Made by a program: the position numbers and the translations under genes. From a virus (lineage: Duplodnaviria; Caudoviricetes): a stretch of DNA of 64,000 nucleotides. The stretch spans positions 8,080 to 72,079 of the IMG/VR virus record IMGVR_UViG_3300033073_000980, one strand, 5' to 3'. Shown one piece after another: positions 8,529 to 18,222 of the stretch (position 1 is its first letter; each line of letters opens with the position of its first letter). The notes under the pieces are model-generated. The model worked only from the letters and a program-made list of their open reading frames with translations. It was not told the origin of the DNA and searched no databases.

Positions 8529-9259
8529 AAGTTTATTTTGTAATTATTTGATTTAATCCATTTTATGTTTTCTAACTCTGTTGAGATTTCCTCTAGAGTG
8601 TACTCGATATTATTATAACCAATATGCCTGTATTCATAAGCCTTGTGGTAAAGCACTTTACCTTCATAGAAGTCTTTCTGATCTTGTTCTGGTTTAAGAT
8701 GTATCGCTCCATTATCATCATGATACAGGCAAAAATAAGTACCTTCAGACTGTCTCACTACTGGAATGCCAGCCCATCTTAGTCTTTCTCTTAGGTCCTC
8801 ATCTTCGTTACCCCATCCTTTATATAGAGGATTCAAACCGTTAATAACCTCAAACTGTTCTCTTGACATCATCACAACTCCTCCGTAGAAGTTAGGATCG
8901 ATTGCTTGAGAGAAGCTTCTATAACCTCCCGGAATGTCATGTTCAGGTCTTAAGCTTGCATTATCCTTATCTAAGAAAAATGCCTTTGCTCCCATCAACG
9001 TAACAGTCCCGGTAAAGGTATAATCTAAATCATCTGCAGGATAGTAATCTACTTGATGTAAGATAATAACATCGCCAGTTGCTTCTCTAAAGCCAATATT
9101 ATTTACAATAGCAATCTGAAAGTTATCCTGGTTGCCTTGCTCTGAGATTATTATCTCATAATCTTTATCTGCGAACTTGTCTTGAAGTCTTGGAAGTAGA
9201 ACTTCAAGATGTTCCTCTCTATTGCGGTAAGGTATAATAATTGAGTATTTCATCTCCAA
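8525..9259 (-). CDS. GT7 beta-1,4-galactosyltransferase-like
   Basis: IIIPYRNREEHL, FYGGVV, INGLNPLYKGWGNEDEDL; DxD motif reads HQVD. Confidence 0.88.
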   Translation of the reverse strand: MEMKYSIIIPYRNREEHLEVLLPRLQDKFADKDYEIIISEQGNQDNFQIAIVNNIGFREATGDVIILHQVDYYPADDLDYTFTGTVTLMGAKAFFLDKDNASLRPEHDIPGGYRSFSQAIDPNFYGGVVMMSREQFEVINGLNPLYKGWGNEDEDLRERLRWAGIPVVRQSEGTYFCLYHDDNGAIHLKPEQDQKDFYEGKVLYHKAYEYRHIGYNNIEYTLEEISTELENIKWIKSNNYKINL

Positions 9260-10019
9260 ATCTATCGTACTGGTGTATGATTGTATAATCTTTTAAATTG
9301 TTCAAATCAAACTTAACTACCCCTTCTTTAATAACATGAAGATGAATAGCAAACTTATCCTCCAGGCTTGTAAAGGTTGTTTTGTGTTTGTAAGAATTTC
9401 TTGTAAGATAATTAAAAGAAGTCTGATCGGCAACTTTAAATTTACCACAAGACATTAAATAAATATCCTTACATAAAGCCTCAACATCTTCTTTACCTCC
9501 TCCAAAGACTCCAACATTTAAAACTTCCTCCTGTACCAAATCTAATCCTAAGAATCCTAAATTGGTATAGAGGTGCTCTAAGTTCCATCCATGATCTCTG
9601 TACTTAACAACCTCTCCTGTCGCTATAATTCCTTCTTTAGGTACTCTAGGGAAAGGTGATTGAGTAAATATAACATCTTTAACGTCTGTTATAAAAACTT
9701 TCTCGTAGTTAGAATCTCTAAGGAAATTAGCAATATGTAAAAACCGAACGTTATGTACTAGGTTGTAGGAACTCTCCGGAGTTACTCTTCCGGTATCTGT
9801 TAAAAACTCATCTTGTGATTCTCCGAAGAAGTTAACCTGTGGAAGATACACATCAACATTATTTTCGGCTAAGTACGGTACTAAGGGTGAATTTTCATCT
9901 CCGTTGTATAAGTAGAGTGCTCTCTTAGTATCTTCGAAGTTGGATGTCTTAACCCAGTTCTCAATATCCTTAACAGAATAATTTGCACTTATTGCTCCTA
10001 TTAGTAGATTAGCTTTCAT
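9219..10019 (-). CDS. GT-A-fold nucleotide-sugar transferase-like protein
   Basis: VRFLHI, FITDVKDVIF, LNVGVFGG, ADQTSFN, IIHQYDR; start revised to MKANLL at 10019. Confidence 0.7.
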   Translation of the reverse strand: MKANLLIGAISANYSVKDIENWVKTSNFEDTKRALYLYNGDENSPLVPYLAENNVDVYLPQVNFFGESQDEFLTDTGRVTPESSYNLVHNVRFLHIANFLRDSNYEKVFITDVKDVIFTQSPFPRVPKEGIIATGEVVKYRDHGWNLEHLYTNLGFLGLDLVQEEVLNVGVFGGGKEDVEALCKDIYLMSCGKFKVADQTSFNYLTRNSYKHKTTFTSLEDKFAIHLHVIKEGVVKFDLNNLKDYTIIHQYDRFGDEILNYYTLPQ

Positions 10020-10833
10020 TAAAGTTAATGTAGTTAATTTGTGGGTTAACGAACCATCCAATGTTCTTAGAATACTTCTCCTCACCTATCCAGTGATAAG
10101 CATCTCCAGTCATTGGTAGTTCGATAATTCTTTTCTTATCTAAAGCAGAAGCAATAGAAGAAGGTCCTGATAGGTTTCCTACATACAAAGCTGCTGAATT
10201 GATTACTGTAAACCAATTATTTACATCTCCTATCTGATAGAACTCACATTGATCTCTGAATGGAAATAGATCGTAATCTTTCTTCTCAGTACCAATAAAC
10301 ACAACCTGTCCTGGGTAAGCTTCCATAATGCTCTGATAAGGAAAATCATTATTGATTCTAGAATGGCTGTACCTTCTGTTAATAATAACCTTATCAGCGA
10401 AGTAAGGATCGATCTTATCAAACTTTATCCATTGAGCTGGTCCTTTAAGTTCAAAGTTAAAAGTTAAACTCAAAATCTCAGACCAACAAGTCTTGTATAG
10501 GTGAGGAGATCTCATAAAGTCTTCTAAGTGTATAAATCCTTCTTGGATTAGTTTAGGTTCATAGACTTCAATAGGTCCGCTAATTACATTAGGATTAGTA
10601 GGAACTATCTTAAAGTTCTCAAGCATTTGAAAGGAATTAACGAACGGCTGATTCATTACTATGTCAAGTAACTCCTTGTATGCCGTATCAGTTCCTAATT
10701 CAAATCCTCCTTCAACATGGTAGAGGTAAATATCTGCCTGCGTATTATTCTTCTCACATATGTGTTTCATAGCAAACATCATATGCACAAAGTCTCCAAG
10801 CTTACCGCAGATAGTAAAGTTTTGAGTTCTCAT
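10009..10833 (-). CDS. GT9-like glycosyltransferase
   Basis: GKLGDFVHMMF, LYVGNLSGPSSIASAL. Confidence 0.7.
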   Translation of the reverse strand: MRTQNFTICGKLGDFVHMMFAMKHICEKNNTQADIYLYHVEGGFELGTDTAYKELLDIVMNQPFVNSFQMLENFKIVPTNPNVISGPIEVYEPKLIQEGFIHLEDFMRSPHLYKTCWSEILSLTFNFELKGPAQWIKFDKIDPYFADKVIINRRYSHSRINNDFPYQSIMEAYPGQVVFIGTEKKDYDLFPFRDQCEFYQIGDVNNWFTVINSAALYVGNLSGPSSIASALDKKRIIELPMTGDAYHWIGEEKYSKNIGWFVNPQINYINFNES

Positions 10834-11462
10834 TAAATTCTTTTCTTAAAGCAACCTGTTAAGATGTTTGGTGATAATGTTTTATCAACTCGAACCTTAT
10901 CTTCAAGATTGCAATAATTAATCATATCAAAGCCTTGTCTGTTCATAAATGCTTCTAAGCTCTTTTCTGTAAAATGATATAGATGTTCATCAGGCTTTCT
11001 ATGCTTCCAGGTTTCAAACCAAATATCATCTAACCCATTAACACACCAAGGCAAGCTGATAACAGCATACTTACATTGTAGATTCTTAACAAATTCAATA
11101 TCACTGAAATGTTCTAAGCTATCAAAGAAGGTAATAACATCAGCATACTGACTGGTAATATCTTCAACAAAATCGATACCTGGGTTTAATGGGTAGGCTG
11201 GTTGAATATCATTTCCGTAGAGTTCTGGGATAAATCCGCGACAAGACTCTAAAAAGTCTCCATTGCCGTATCCTACATCCATAAGCGACTTAGGAACCTC
11301 TCCAGTAGCACCGATGATGTAACCTAATCGCAGGTTTAAAATATTCCCCCTATCGCTAAAATGAGAATACCTACTGTCGGAATAATCGATATCGTAGTTG
11401 TAGGGTTTGTGTTCGATTTGCTTGATAACACCGTCTTGTGTTAATTCATAATTGTTTAACAT
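10833..11462 (-). CDS. class I SAM-dependent methyltransferase
   Basis: LMDVGYGNGDFL, TFFDSLEHF, PDEHLYHFT. Confidence 0.88.
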   Translation of the reverse strand: MLNNYELTQDGVIKQIEHKPYNYDIDYSDSRYSHFSDRGNILNLRLGYIIGATGEVPKSLMDVGYGNGDFLESCRGFIPELYGNDIQPAYPLNPGIDFVEDITSQYADVITFFDSLEHFSDIEFVKNLQCKYAVISLPWCVNGLDDIWFETWKHRKPDEHLYHFTEKSLEAFMNRQGFDMINYCNLEDKVRVDKTLSPNILTGCFKKRI

Positions 11463-11505
11463 AGTATTTTATTATAAGAATTAATTTAGTAAAAAACAAC
11501 TTCTT

Positions 11506-12333
11506 TTATGAAAAGTCATCATCTGTTGCCCAATATGCATGACCGCCTCTTTCTGTCTCCATAACATCGTAGTGGTATTGCGGCATTCCATTTTTAGGCC
11601 ACTGCATTTGTATTTTGGGAAAAAGTAAAAACAGCTCCTCCATAACTTCTTGACTTGTCTGTAAAGCTTCTGATACTTTAGGTGCTTTGTCTTTTAAATA
11701 TGTATCAGGATCGGTAAGGTGTTTTGCTGCTTCTTGATTATACTTTGCAACATAAGGAGTAGTCAAATACACTTCTGATCTTGTGTAGAGTTCTTCATAA
11801 GGTCTTTGTAGAGCTACTTCATCGTACCAAGAGTTATCATACTCAATATTAAATAATGTTAGGAGATCTTCTTTCCTTCCCCAAAAGATATGATCAATAG
11901 GATGGTAAGGATAATCTCTACACATACCCATAATACCAATCTTTGCGAAAGGTTTCGGACCTTCTTGAAAGTATTGTGAATTAATTTCGTTCTTACTAAA
12001 GTAGTAATCGTAAAGTCTTAACATGCTCTCTAAAGATACTATTTGATCTGCTCGCATCTTTATTACGTAATCAGCAGCTGTTGCTTTGATACCTTCGTAA
12101 GAAGATTTGATTAGCCGGTTACGATTCCAGCTTCCAGGAAATTCAACATCTTTATTTTTAAGAACATAAATTTTTGGATTTTCCCAATCAATCATACTAT
12201 CATCAATATCCGGACAGGTTTCCCAGCAAGATATAACAACAGCATTTACATAAGGTAGCTTAGTATAATGATCAGCAATTCTAGCTGTGTATGGCTGTAG
12301 AGGGCCTTGCAGTACAATATCCACAGGTATCAT
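11506..12333 (-). CDS. WavE-like LPS/glycan biosynthesis protein
   Basis: IVLQGP, VVISCWE, YVIKMRADQ, YHPIDHIFWG. Confidence 0.75.
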   Translation of the reverse strand: MIPVDIVLQGPLQPYTARIADHYTKLPYVNAVVISCWETCPDIDDSMIDWENPKIYVLKNKDVEFPGSWNRNRLIKSSYEGIKATAADYVIKMRADQIVSLESMLRLYDYYFSKNEINSQYFQEGPKPFAKIGIMGMCRDYPYHPIDHIFWGRKEDLLTLFNIEYDNSWYDEVALQRPYEELYTRSEVYLTTPYVAKYNQEAAKHLTDPDTYLKDKAPKVSEALQTSQEVMEELFLLFPKIQMQWPKNGMPQYHYDVMETERGGHAYWATDDDFS

Positions 12334-12788
12334 ATCATCTGCCTAAGTACGTTTAGGTGATCTGAACATACACCGTAAGTTTGTTCAGCTAAGTAACCAT
12401 ACCCTTCAATGCTCTCCAAGTCTAGTAACGGTATAATAGATCTGTTACTGGTAGAAGTTAAATCGTGAGACCAGATTAGATTAGTATTGTTAATAATGCT
12501 CTGGCTTTCTTGTTCGTGAAAGAATACTCTCAGTCCTGTCTCAATCAAGGAATTTAAACTTTCAAAATCTTTAGCATGTATCCAAAGGTCATTTTTCCTT
12601 TCTAACAGCCATTCTAACTCTACCCTATATTGAGGGAAATCATGCCCAAGATACAGCTGCCCTTCTTTTGTTCGAACATCAATCTCAACATTATACCCTA
12701 AAGTAATAGTATCCTGGATGTAGCTAGGTCGGTTTTCGGACTCAGGTATCCTACCTGTAATGTTTCCTCTATGTGAAATTAAAATCAT
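12330..12788 (-). CDS. truncated glycerophosphodiester phosphodiesterase-like protein
   Basis: ISHRGN, VEIDV, LYLGHD, WIHAK, GVCSD. Confidence 0.75.
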   Translation of the reverse strand: MILISHRGNITGRIPESENRPSYIQDTITLGYNVEIDVRTKEGQLYLGHDFPQYRVELEWLLERKNDLWIHAKDFESLNSLIETGLRVFFHEQESQSIINNTNLIWSHDLTSTSNRSIIPLLDLESIEGYGYLAEQTYGVCSDHLNVLRQMI

Positions 12789-13135
12789 AATTCTTCTATT
12801 CGTTTTGCTTTATCATCAATAACTAAATCGTAAAGAGGTTTCTTATCACCAACCTCTAGCTTATGGAACTTTGCTCCCCAATCTGTTAATTGTTTGAGAG
12901 TTAATGCTCGATACTCTTCCATACGTTCTTTGTTAGTCGGATCAGAACTTCCTCTTGCTGTCCAATAAGTAATAATCCACCCTTCGTCGTAAAGCTTATT
13001 TACCTTTTCAATATTCTCCTGATTTGGTATGGCTAGTTCATAAATTCTATCTCCTTCATAAAAGCAGATTGTTTCATCTATATCAACAAAAGCTATAGGA
13101 GTAGCGTTGTTTTTACTGTGTATCTCCTTGTTCAT
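12785..13135 (-). CDS. HAD-superfamily phosphatase (capsule-locus type)
   Basis: FVDIDETIC, YWTARG, KP-x-YDLVIDDKA. Confidence 0.85.
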   Translation of the reverse strand: MNKEIHSKNNATPIAFVDIDETICFYEGDRIYELAIPNQENIEKVNKLYDEGWIITYWTARGSSDPTNKERMEEYRALTLKQLTDWGAKFHKLEVGDKKPLYDLVIDDKAKRIEEL

Positions 13136-13943
13136 TATACTTCCTCCAGTACTTATAAGTTCTAACTAAATCCTCTTCGTTCCTAATCTGCAAACCTTTT
13201 AAGATTGTTTGCCATGCTTCGAAGTTCTCAACTTCTTCCGGAGTACCGAACACAGTAACGAAATCAGTTGGGTAACAAGTTACTTTTAAATTATCTTGAA
13301 TCAGAAGATTATAGACTAAGGTAACGTAATATTCTCCGTTGTAGTTTATATCTAAGTCCATCAGCTTCTGAAAGTATTTCTTAATGTATGCTCCTTTTTT
13401 AAAATAATAGGTACCTGTAGAGGCATGTTCCTGCATTGGATCTTCCGTGTAAGGCTCTTTCTCTTTTATTTCAGAAACTACTAAGTTACTTTCTTTCATA
13501 TAAGCCATAAAAGTAGAACTTAGTCGATGAGGATGAAAACCAACATGACTTAAGATACAACCATCACTTTCACTTTCTCTAACCCATTTTTTAAAATCTA
13601 CGTAGTTCCATAGGTAGGGATTGTCGCAGTAGCAAACGATAACTTCTTCATTATCATCAATATACTTCTCCATCCCAATCATAGTATAAACCGGACCTTT
13701 CTTATGTGAAGGTACTAAAGCAATAGTTGCACCAGGTCTAATTTGATTTATGATCTCCCTCATAGGGGTTGTTGCTAAATGGTAGTCGTTACATATAAAA
13801 ATCAACTCATCTTCAGCATCGAACATTCCACAGATGTACTCAAGGATTCTTTTTCCATTAACTGTGATAAGTGGTTTTGGATCTGAGTAACCTGCTGCAA
13901 CAAATCGATTGCCAAACCCGGCCATTGGTATAATTACTTTCAT
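13113..13943 (-). CDS. sugar-phosphate nucleotidyltransferase
   Basis: VIIPMAGFGNRF, PKPLI, IKEK, STGTYYF, GTPEEV. Confidence 0.88.
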   Translation of the reverse strand: MKVIIPMAGFGNRFVAAGYSDPKPLITVNGKRILEYICGMFDAEDELIFICNDYHLATTPMREIINQIRPGATIALVPSHKKGPVYTMIGMEKYIDDNEEVIVCYCDNPYLWNYVDFKKWVRESESDGCILSHVGFHPHRLSSTFMAYMKESNLVVSEIKEKEPYTEDPMQEHASTGTYYFKKGAYIKKYFQKLMDLDINYNGEYYVTLVYNLLIQDNLKVTCYPTDFVTVFGTPEEVENFEAWQTILKGLQIRNEEDLVRTYKYWRKYNEQGDTQ

Positions 13944-15412
13944 AAACTTTTTCTATATTTTTCTGATTCTAAACTTAAAAGCTCAAACATATTTTCGCTT
14001 GATAGTATATGTCGGGACTGTAAAGTTTCTGTAATGTAATGAATATAATTGTTAAAAGCAAGCACTTCTTGATTTTGTTTCTTATCCGAAAAGATAACAG
14101 CATCAGGGAAGTAGAAATAAGGACTTTTTTTCTCCTTGGCAAAATCTAAAGTAAAGCTTCTAAAGTTTGGTATTTGTTCTTGTAAGTACTTCTGTGCTTG
14201 ACCTACTACATCAATAGTAGTTAATAAAGCTTCTTGTTTTGAATCTGAACTTATAACCACTCCGTGATTTTGTAGAAATATAATATCTGACTTAGCATCT
14301 AGGTTTTCTAAGTCTTTAAATAAAGAATAACCGGGAGTTGTATAAGGAAGGTAGTTATACTTATACCCTTTATAAAGTTCTTTAATAATTTCTTCTGAGT
14401 TGCCTAAGCAAAGTAAAGCTGTTAAATAAACCGGGTGTAAGTGTATAGTATACTTTTTTAATAAAGCATGTAGCCCCACTTCCATAGAAGGTCTCTTACC
14501 TGTATAAAACAGTTCGGATTCGAATAAAGCATCATACCCCTCAGAAGATGTAATGTTACTCATTGTGTTTGGACGAACAATTGAATAGCCATCCACTCTA
14601 CTAACATTCTTCATATGTGTTCCTGAAGCTTTTATAAGCATATAATCTCCGGCTTTAACTGAAATATTTCCTCCTGTATGTTGACATAGGTTAATGTCCG
14701 ATCCAAGGTTATTAGAAAGTTCAATAAAGTCTTTTATACTCTGGTTATAGTCCTTAACGAAGGAAAATAAAAGCTCATTGGAAGATTTAACAAACCGGTA
14801 TGTTATAACAACATCAACTATCTCATTTTTATCCCCAATGTTGTTGATTGGCTTTTCCGGAACCATATCAACAATGACATCTGCAACAGCGATCTGCTTT
14901 TCATTTATCTTAACAGCGTCAGGCTTTCTCCTATTAATTGCATCTATAACAGCACTATACTTATAACCTCTTTTTTCAGTATCTCTAATTATCTTCCAGT
15001 GAGTACGTAATGTTTCATCTGTATTAATAAAGATTTTAAGATCGGTCAACTCTTGAGCTTTCTCGGTATAGAATGCATGAAGTCCTTGGTTAATAATAAT
15101 TCTACTAGGTTTGATCTTTACCGGTGCTTTAAACGTTCCTGTATTGTGATCATAAGTAGATCGGTATATAGAATTACCATTAGTTAGTTCCTCAAGTTGT
15201 AAATCTCCCAACTCCAAGTTATTAGCTTCTGGGTTTAGGTGGGTGAACTTATCCCAATTAGGGCTTGTTCTTTCCCACCTATGTAAGTCATCCGTACTAA
15301 GACTAATCGTATTTTCAGCTCCAAAAAATAAGCGAACAATATTAGTCATTGTAGATTTACCTACTCCAGACTCTCCAGCAATACCTATTATATAAGGTTT
15401 TACTAAACTCAT
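13940..15412 (-). CDS. fusion: phosphoribulokinase/uridine kinase-like domain + class II aldolase/adducin domain
   Basis: GIAGESGVGKST, DDLH, GLHA, WKIIRDTEKRG; then GGNISVK, IKASG, RPSMEVGLH, HLHP, LQNHG. Confidence 0.85.
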   Translation of the reverse strand: MSLVKPYIIGIAGESGVGKSTMTNIVRLFFGAENTISLSTDDLHRWERTSPNWDKFTHLNPEANNLELGDLQLEELTNGNSIYRSTYDHNTGTFKAPVKIKPSRIIINQGLHAFYTEKAQELTDLKIFINTDETLRTHWKIIRDTEKRGYKYSAVIDAINRRKPDAVKINEKQIAVADVIVDMVPEKPINNIGDKNEIVDVVITYRFVKSSNELLFSFVKDYNQSIKDFIELSNNLGSDINLCQHTGGNISVKAGDYMLIKASGTHMKNVSRVDGYSIVRPNTMSNITSSEGYDALFESELFYTGKRPSMEVGLHALLKKYTIHLHPVYLTALLCLGNSEEIIKELYKGYKYNYLPYTTPGYSLFKDLENLDAKSDIIFLQNHGVVISSDSKQEALLTTIDVVGQAQKYLQEQIPNFRSFTLDFAKEKKSPYFYFPDAVIFSDKKQNQEVLAFNNYIHYITETLQSRHILSSENMFELLSLESEKYRKSL

Positions 15413-16638
15413 TACTTACCAATAATCTCAAATTTAGGACAGGGTACAATAAACTTACCGCCTTCATTTAAGAAGTCTTGCTCTCTTGAAACAAATTCAC
15501 TGATAAAATGCCAAGGTAGTACCAATAAGTAATCAGGCTTAGCTGCTCTCATTTCATCTTCTGAGATGATTGGAATGTTTGTTCCGATTGTTTTTAATCC
15601 AAACTTATAAGGACTGCGTTCGGCAATAGCTGTAATTAAAGTATGATCTAATTCAAAGTACTGAAGTAATGTATTTCCTTTTGTTGATGCTCCATAACCG
15701 TAAACAGTCTTTCCTTTGGCAACTTCTTCTTTGATAAAAGAAACTGTTTGCTCTTTTAAAGCATCAATCTGTTTTTGATATTCTGCCCATACTTCTGGAG
15801 ATTCGATATTGATCTTTTCTTCTAAAGAAAGAATAGATTGAATGCGATAATTACAAACATCTCTAAGTGGTGAAGTTCCAAACGATGTAAGTTCAGCATT
15901 ATTCTTCTGTACGTAGATGCGGAAGCTTCCTCCGTTAACGTCATTTAGTTCACAGTCAACAATCTTCAAGCCATGGTTGGCGAATAGATTCATAACTGTT
16001 TTTAGTGAGTAGTAATAACGATGCTCATGGCAAATGTTATCAAATGCAAGTTGTTGAATCATTAATGGAGTATAACTCAATTGTAATACCCAAACCCCAT
16101 TATCATCTAAGATTCTAGTAACATCATTTACAAAAGGATTTGGATCAGATAAGTCGTAAAACATTGCAATAGTTGTAATTATTTTTGCTTTCTTATCTCC
16201 ATGACCTGTTCTCTGATAAGCATCATAAGAAAAATAGTCTTGAATAACTGTTCCATACTTAGAAGACTCTTGGTAAAAAGAATCATCGCAGGGATCGATT
16301 CCTAGCTTAATAAACTCACCAGGTATCTGTTTAAGTAAAGTACCATCATTGCAAGCAATGTCTAACCAGACATCTCCTTCTTTGTATTTAACTCTGGAGG
16401 TAATCTCATTAACGATATTACCTAACTCTTTTGTCATAGTAGCATTAATACCAGAACGGTACCAGTACTTACCCCACATTGTCTCGTTAGGAGCATCTTC
16501 TACTAACCTGACAGCACCAGTGCTTTCTTCTATTTGTAGATCCAAACTGTATTTGTTTCTACCTTCGTAATCTGTTTCATCTTTAATAAAATCTGAAACG
16601 TAGTGTGAATTTAATTTTAATACTGTATTTGTTCTCAT
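15412..16638 (-). CDS. NDP-hexose C-methyltransferase-like
   Basis: WLDIACNDGTLL, FDNICHEH, NGGSFR, YGYGASTKGNTLLQY, LLVLPWHF. Confidence 0.88.
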   Translation of the reverse strand: MRTNTVLKLNSHYVSDFIKDETDYEGRNKYSLDLQIEESTGAVRLVEDAPNETMWGKYWYRSGINATMTKELGNIVNEITSRVKYKEGDVWLDIACNDGTLLKQIPGEFIKLGIDPCDDSFYQESSKYGTVIQDYFSYDAYQRTGHGDKKAKIITTIAMFYDLSDPNPFVNDVTRILDDNGVWVLQLSYTPLMIQQLAFDNICHEHRYYYSLKTVMNLFANHGLKIVDCELNDVNGGSFRIYVQKNNAELTSFGTSPLRDVCNYRIQSILSLEEKINIESPEVWAEYQKQIDALKEQTVSFIKEEVAKGKTVYGYGASTKGNTLLQYFELDHTLITAIAERSPYKFGLKTIGTNIPIISEDEMRAAKPDYLLVLPWHFISEFVSREQDFLNEGGKFIVPCPKFEIIGK

Positions 16639-17591
16639 TTGTTTAAATCATGGTTAACCATTTTTGTAATCATCTCTTCGAATGAGGTCTTAGGAGCCCA
16701 CCCTAAATGATTGTTTATTTTACTGTAATCTCCTTTTAGGTCCTGTATGTCGTTATTACGGACAAACTTCGGATTAATTGTAATATAAGTACTGTAGTCA
16801 GTTATTCCAACTGCTTTGAAAGCAACTTCCAACAAATACCTTAAAGAATGAGATTGATTGGTTGATATCACAAAATCTTCCGGAGTATCATTCTGCAACA
16901 TTAGCCACATAGCTTCAACGAAGTCAGGAGCATATCCCCAGTCTCTTGTAATATCTAAGTTTCCTAATTCAATAGTATCTATTTCTCCTTTAGCTATTTT
17001 AGCTACCCCATTAGTAATCTTTCTAGTAACAAATTCCAAACCTCTTCTTTCTGATTCGTGGTTGAAACTAATTCCATTACAAGCAAATAGTCCGTACGAC
17101 TCTCTATAGTTTCTAATAATCCATTGAGCGTATAGTTTAGCTACTCCGTAAGGGGATTTTGGATAAGGAATAGTCTGCTCGTTAGCTGTAGTGTATTTTA
17201 AGTTACCAAAAATTTCGCTAGTGCCAGCTTGATAGAACTTAATCTCAGGATTGACTTGTTTAATTGCTTCCAGGAATCTCAATACGCCAACACCATTTAC
17301 GTTAGCGGTATACTCTGGAGTAATCCAGCTATTCGGTGCAAAAGATACTGCACCAAAGTTATAAATTTCATCTGGGTTAGCTTGTGTAACTGCTTTATAT
17401 AAGGATGCTTGGTCATTTATGTCGACTTGTAGAAAGTTTATTTTATCTTGAATATCTGAAATATTATCTTTCTTAGACGTGTTTATATCTCTAGTTGTTC
17501 CGTAGACAGTATAACCTTTCTCTAAAAGGAAATCTGCCATATGGCTTCCAACCATTCCAGTAACTCCTGTTATAAGTGCTGTCTTTGTCAT
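16635..17591 (-). CDS. gmd: GDP-mannose 4,6-dehydratase
   Basis: ALITGVTGMVGSH, FYQAGTSE, PKSPYGVAK, FNHESERRG, LGNLD, RDWGYA. Confidence 0.93.
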   Translation of the reverse strand: MTKTALITGVTGMVGSHMADFLLEKGYTVYGTTRDINTSKKDNISDIQDKINFLQVDINDQASLYKAVTQANPDEIYNFGAVSFAPNSWITPEYTANVNGVGVLRFLEAIKQVNPEIKFYQAGTSEIFGNLKYTTANEQTIPYPKSPYGVAKLYAQWIIRNYRESYGLFACNGISFNHESERRGLEFVTRKITNGVAKIAKGEIDTIELGNLDITRDWGYAPDFVEAMWLMLQNDTPEDFVISTNQSHSLRYLLEVAFKAVGITDYSTYITINPKFVRNNDIQDLKGDYSKINNHLGWAPKTSFEEMITKMVNHDLNK

Positions 17592-17593
17592 AA

Positions 17594-18217
17594 TTAACCT
17601 ACATACTTAAAAAGATAGTGATCCTCGAAGGATACTTTTTCCCACTCGTACCCAGGTAGCAATGCCTGCACAGCTTGTACTGTAACTCCTAAATGTATCT
17701 CAACCATAACATCAGGATGACTTGCTGCAATCAGTTCTTGAGCTCCTTTTAGTACTTCCAATTCTAATCCTTCAACATCAATCTTAATAAAAGTTACATC
17801 TTTAAAAGCATAACTATCTAACGTTTTTATCTGTATTGGATGTCCAGAATCTCCTAATTTAGAGGTTCCTGAGTTGTGATTTACATCCCCAGCTGTATCT
17901 AAAAACCCCTCTTTATTTGTAGATGAGATACCTACTTCGTAAATTTCGCAAGTAGGGCAGTTCTTATAGAGTAGGGGTAGGTTATCCGGATGTGGTTCAA
18001 AGCAAACAACCCTTTTAGCTTCACAGACTTCTTTAAAGAAAAAAGCATGATTTCCTATATTAGCTCCAACATCTATAACAAAGTCAAAAGACTTTACTTT
18101 TTCATGCAACGGAGTTAACAGCCACTCTTCAAAGAAGGTATTTTTTTCCGAGGCTATTCTACCTATTAAGTCGGGATGGTAATGTACTGCGTATTCTTTA
18201 TCTTTGTATTTGATCAT
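17594..18217 (-). CDS. FkbM-family methyltransferase
   Basis: IDVGANIGNH, CFEP, IKIDVEGLELEVLKGA. Confidence 0.93.
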   Translation of the reverse strand: MIKYKDKEYAVHYHPDLIGRIASEKNTFFEEWLLTPLHEKVKSFDFVIDVGANIGNHAFFFKEVCEAKRVVCFEPHPDNLPLLYKNCPTCEIYEVGISSTNKEGFLDTAGDVNHNSGTSKLGDSGHPIQIKTLDSYAFKDVTFIKIDVEGLELEVLKGAQELIAASHPDVMVEIHLGVTVQAVQALLPGYEWEKVSFEDHYLFKYVG

Positions 18218-18222
18218 AGTAA

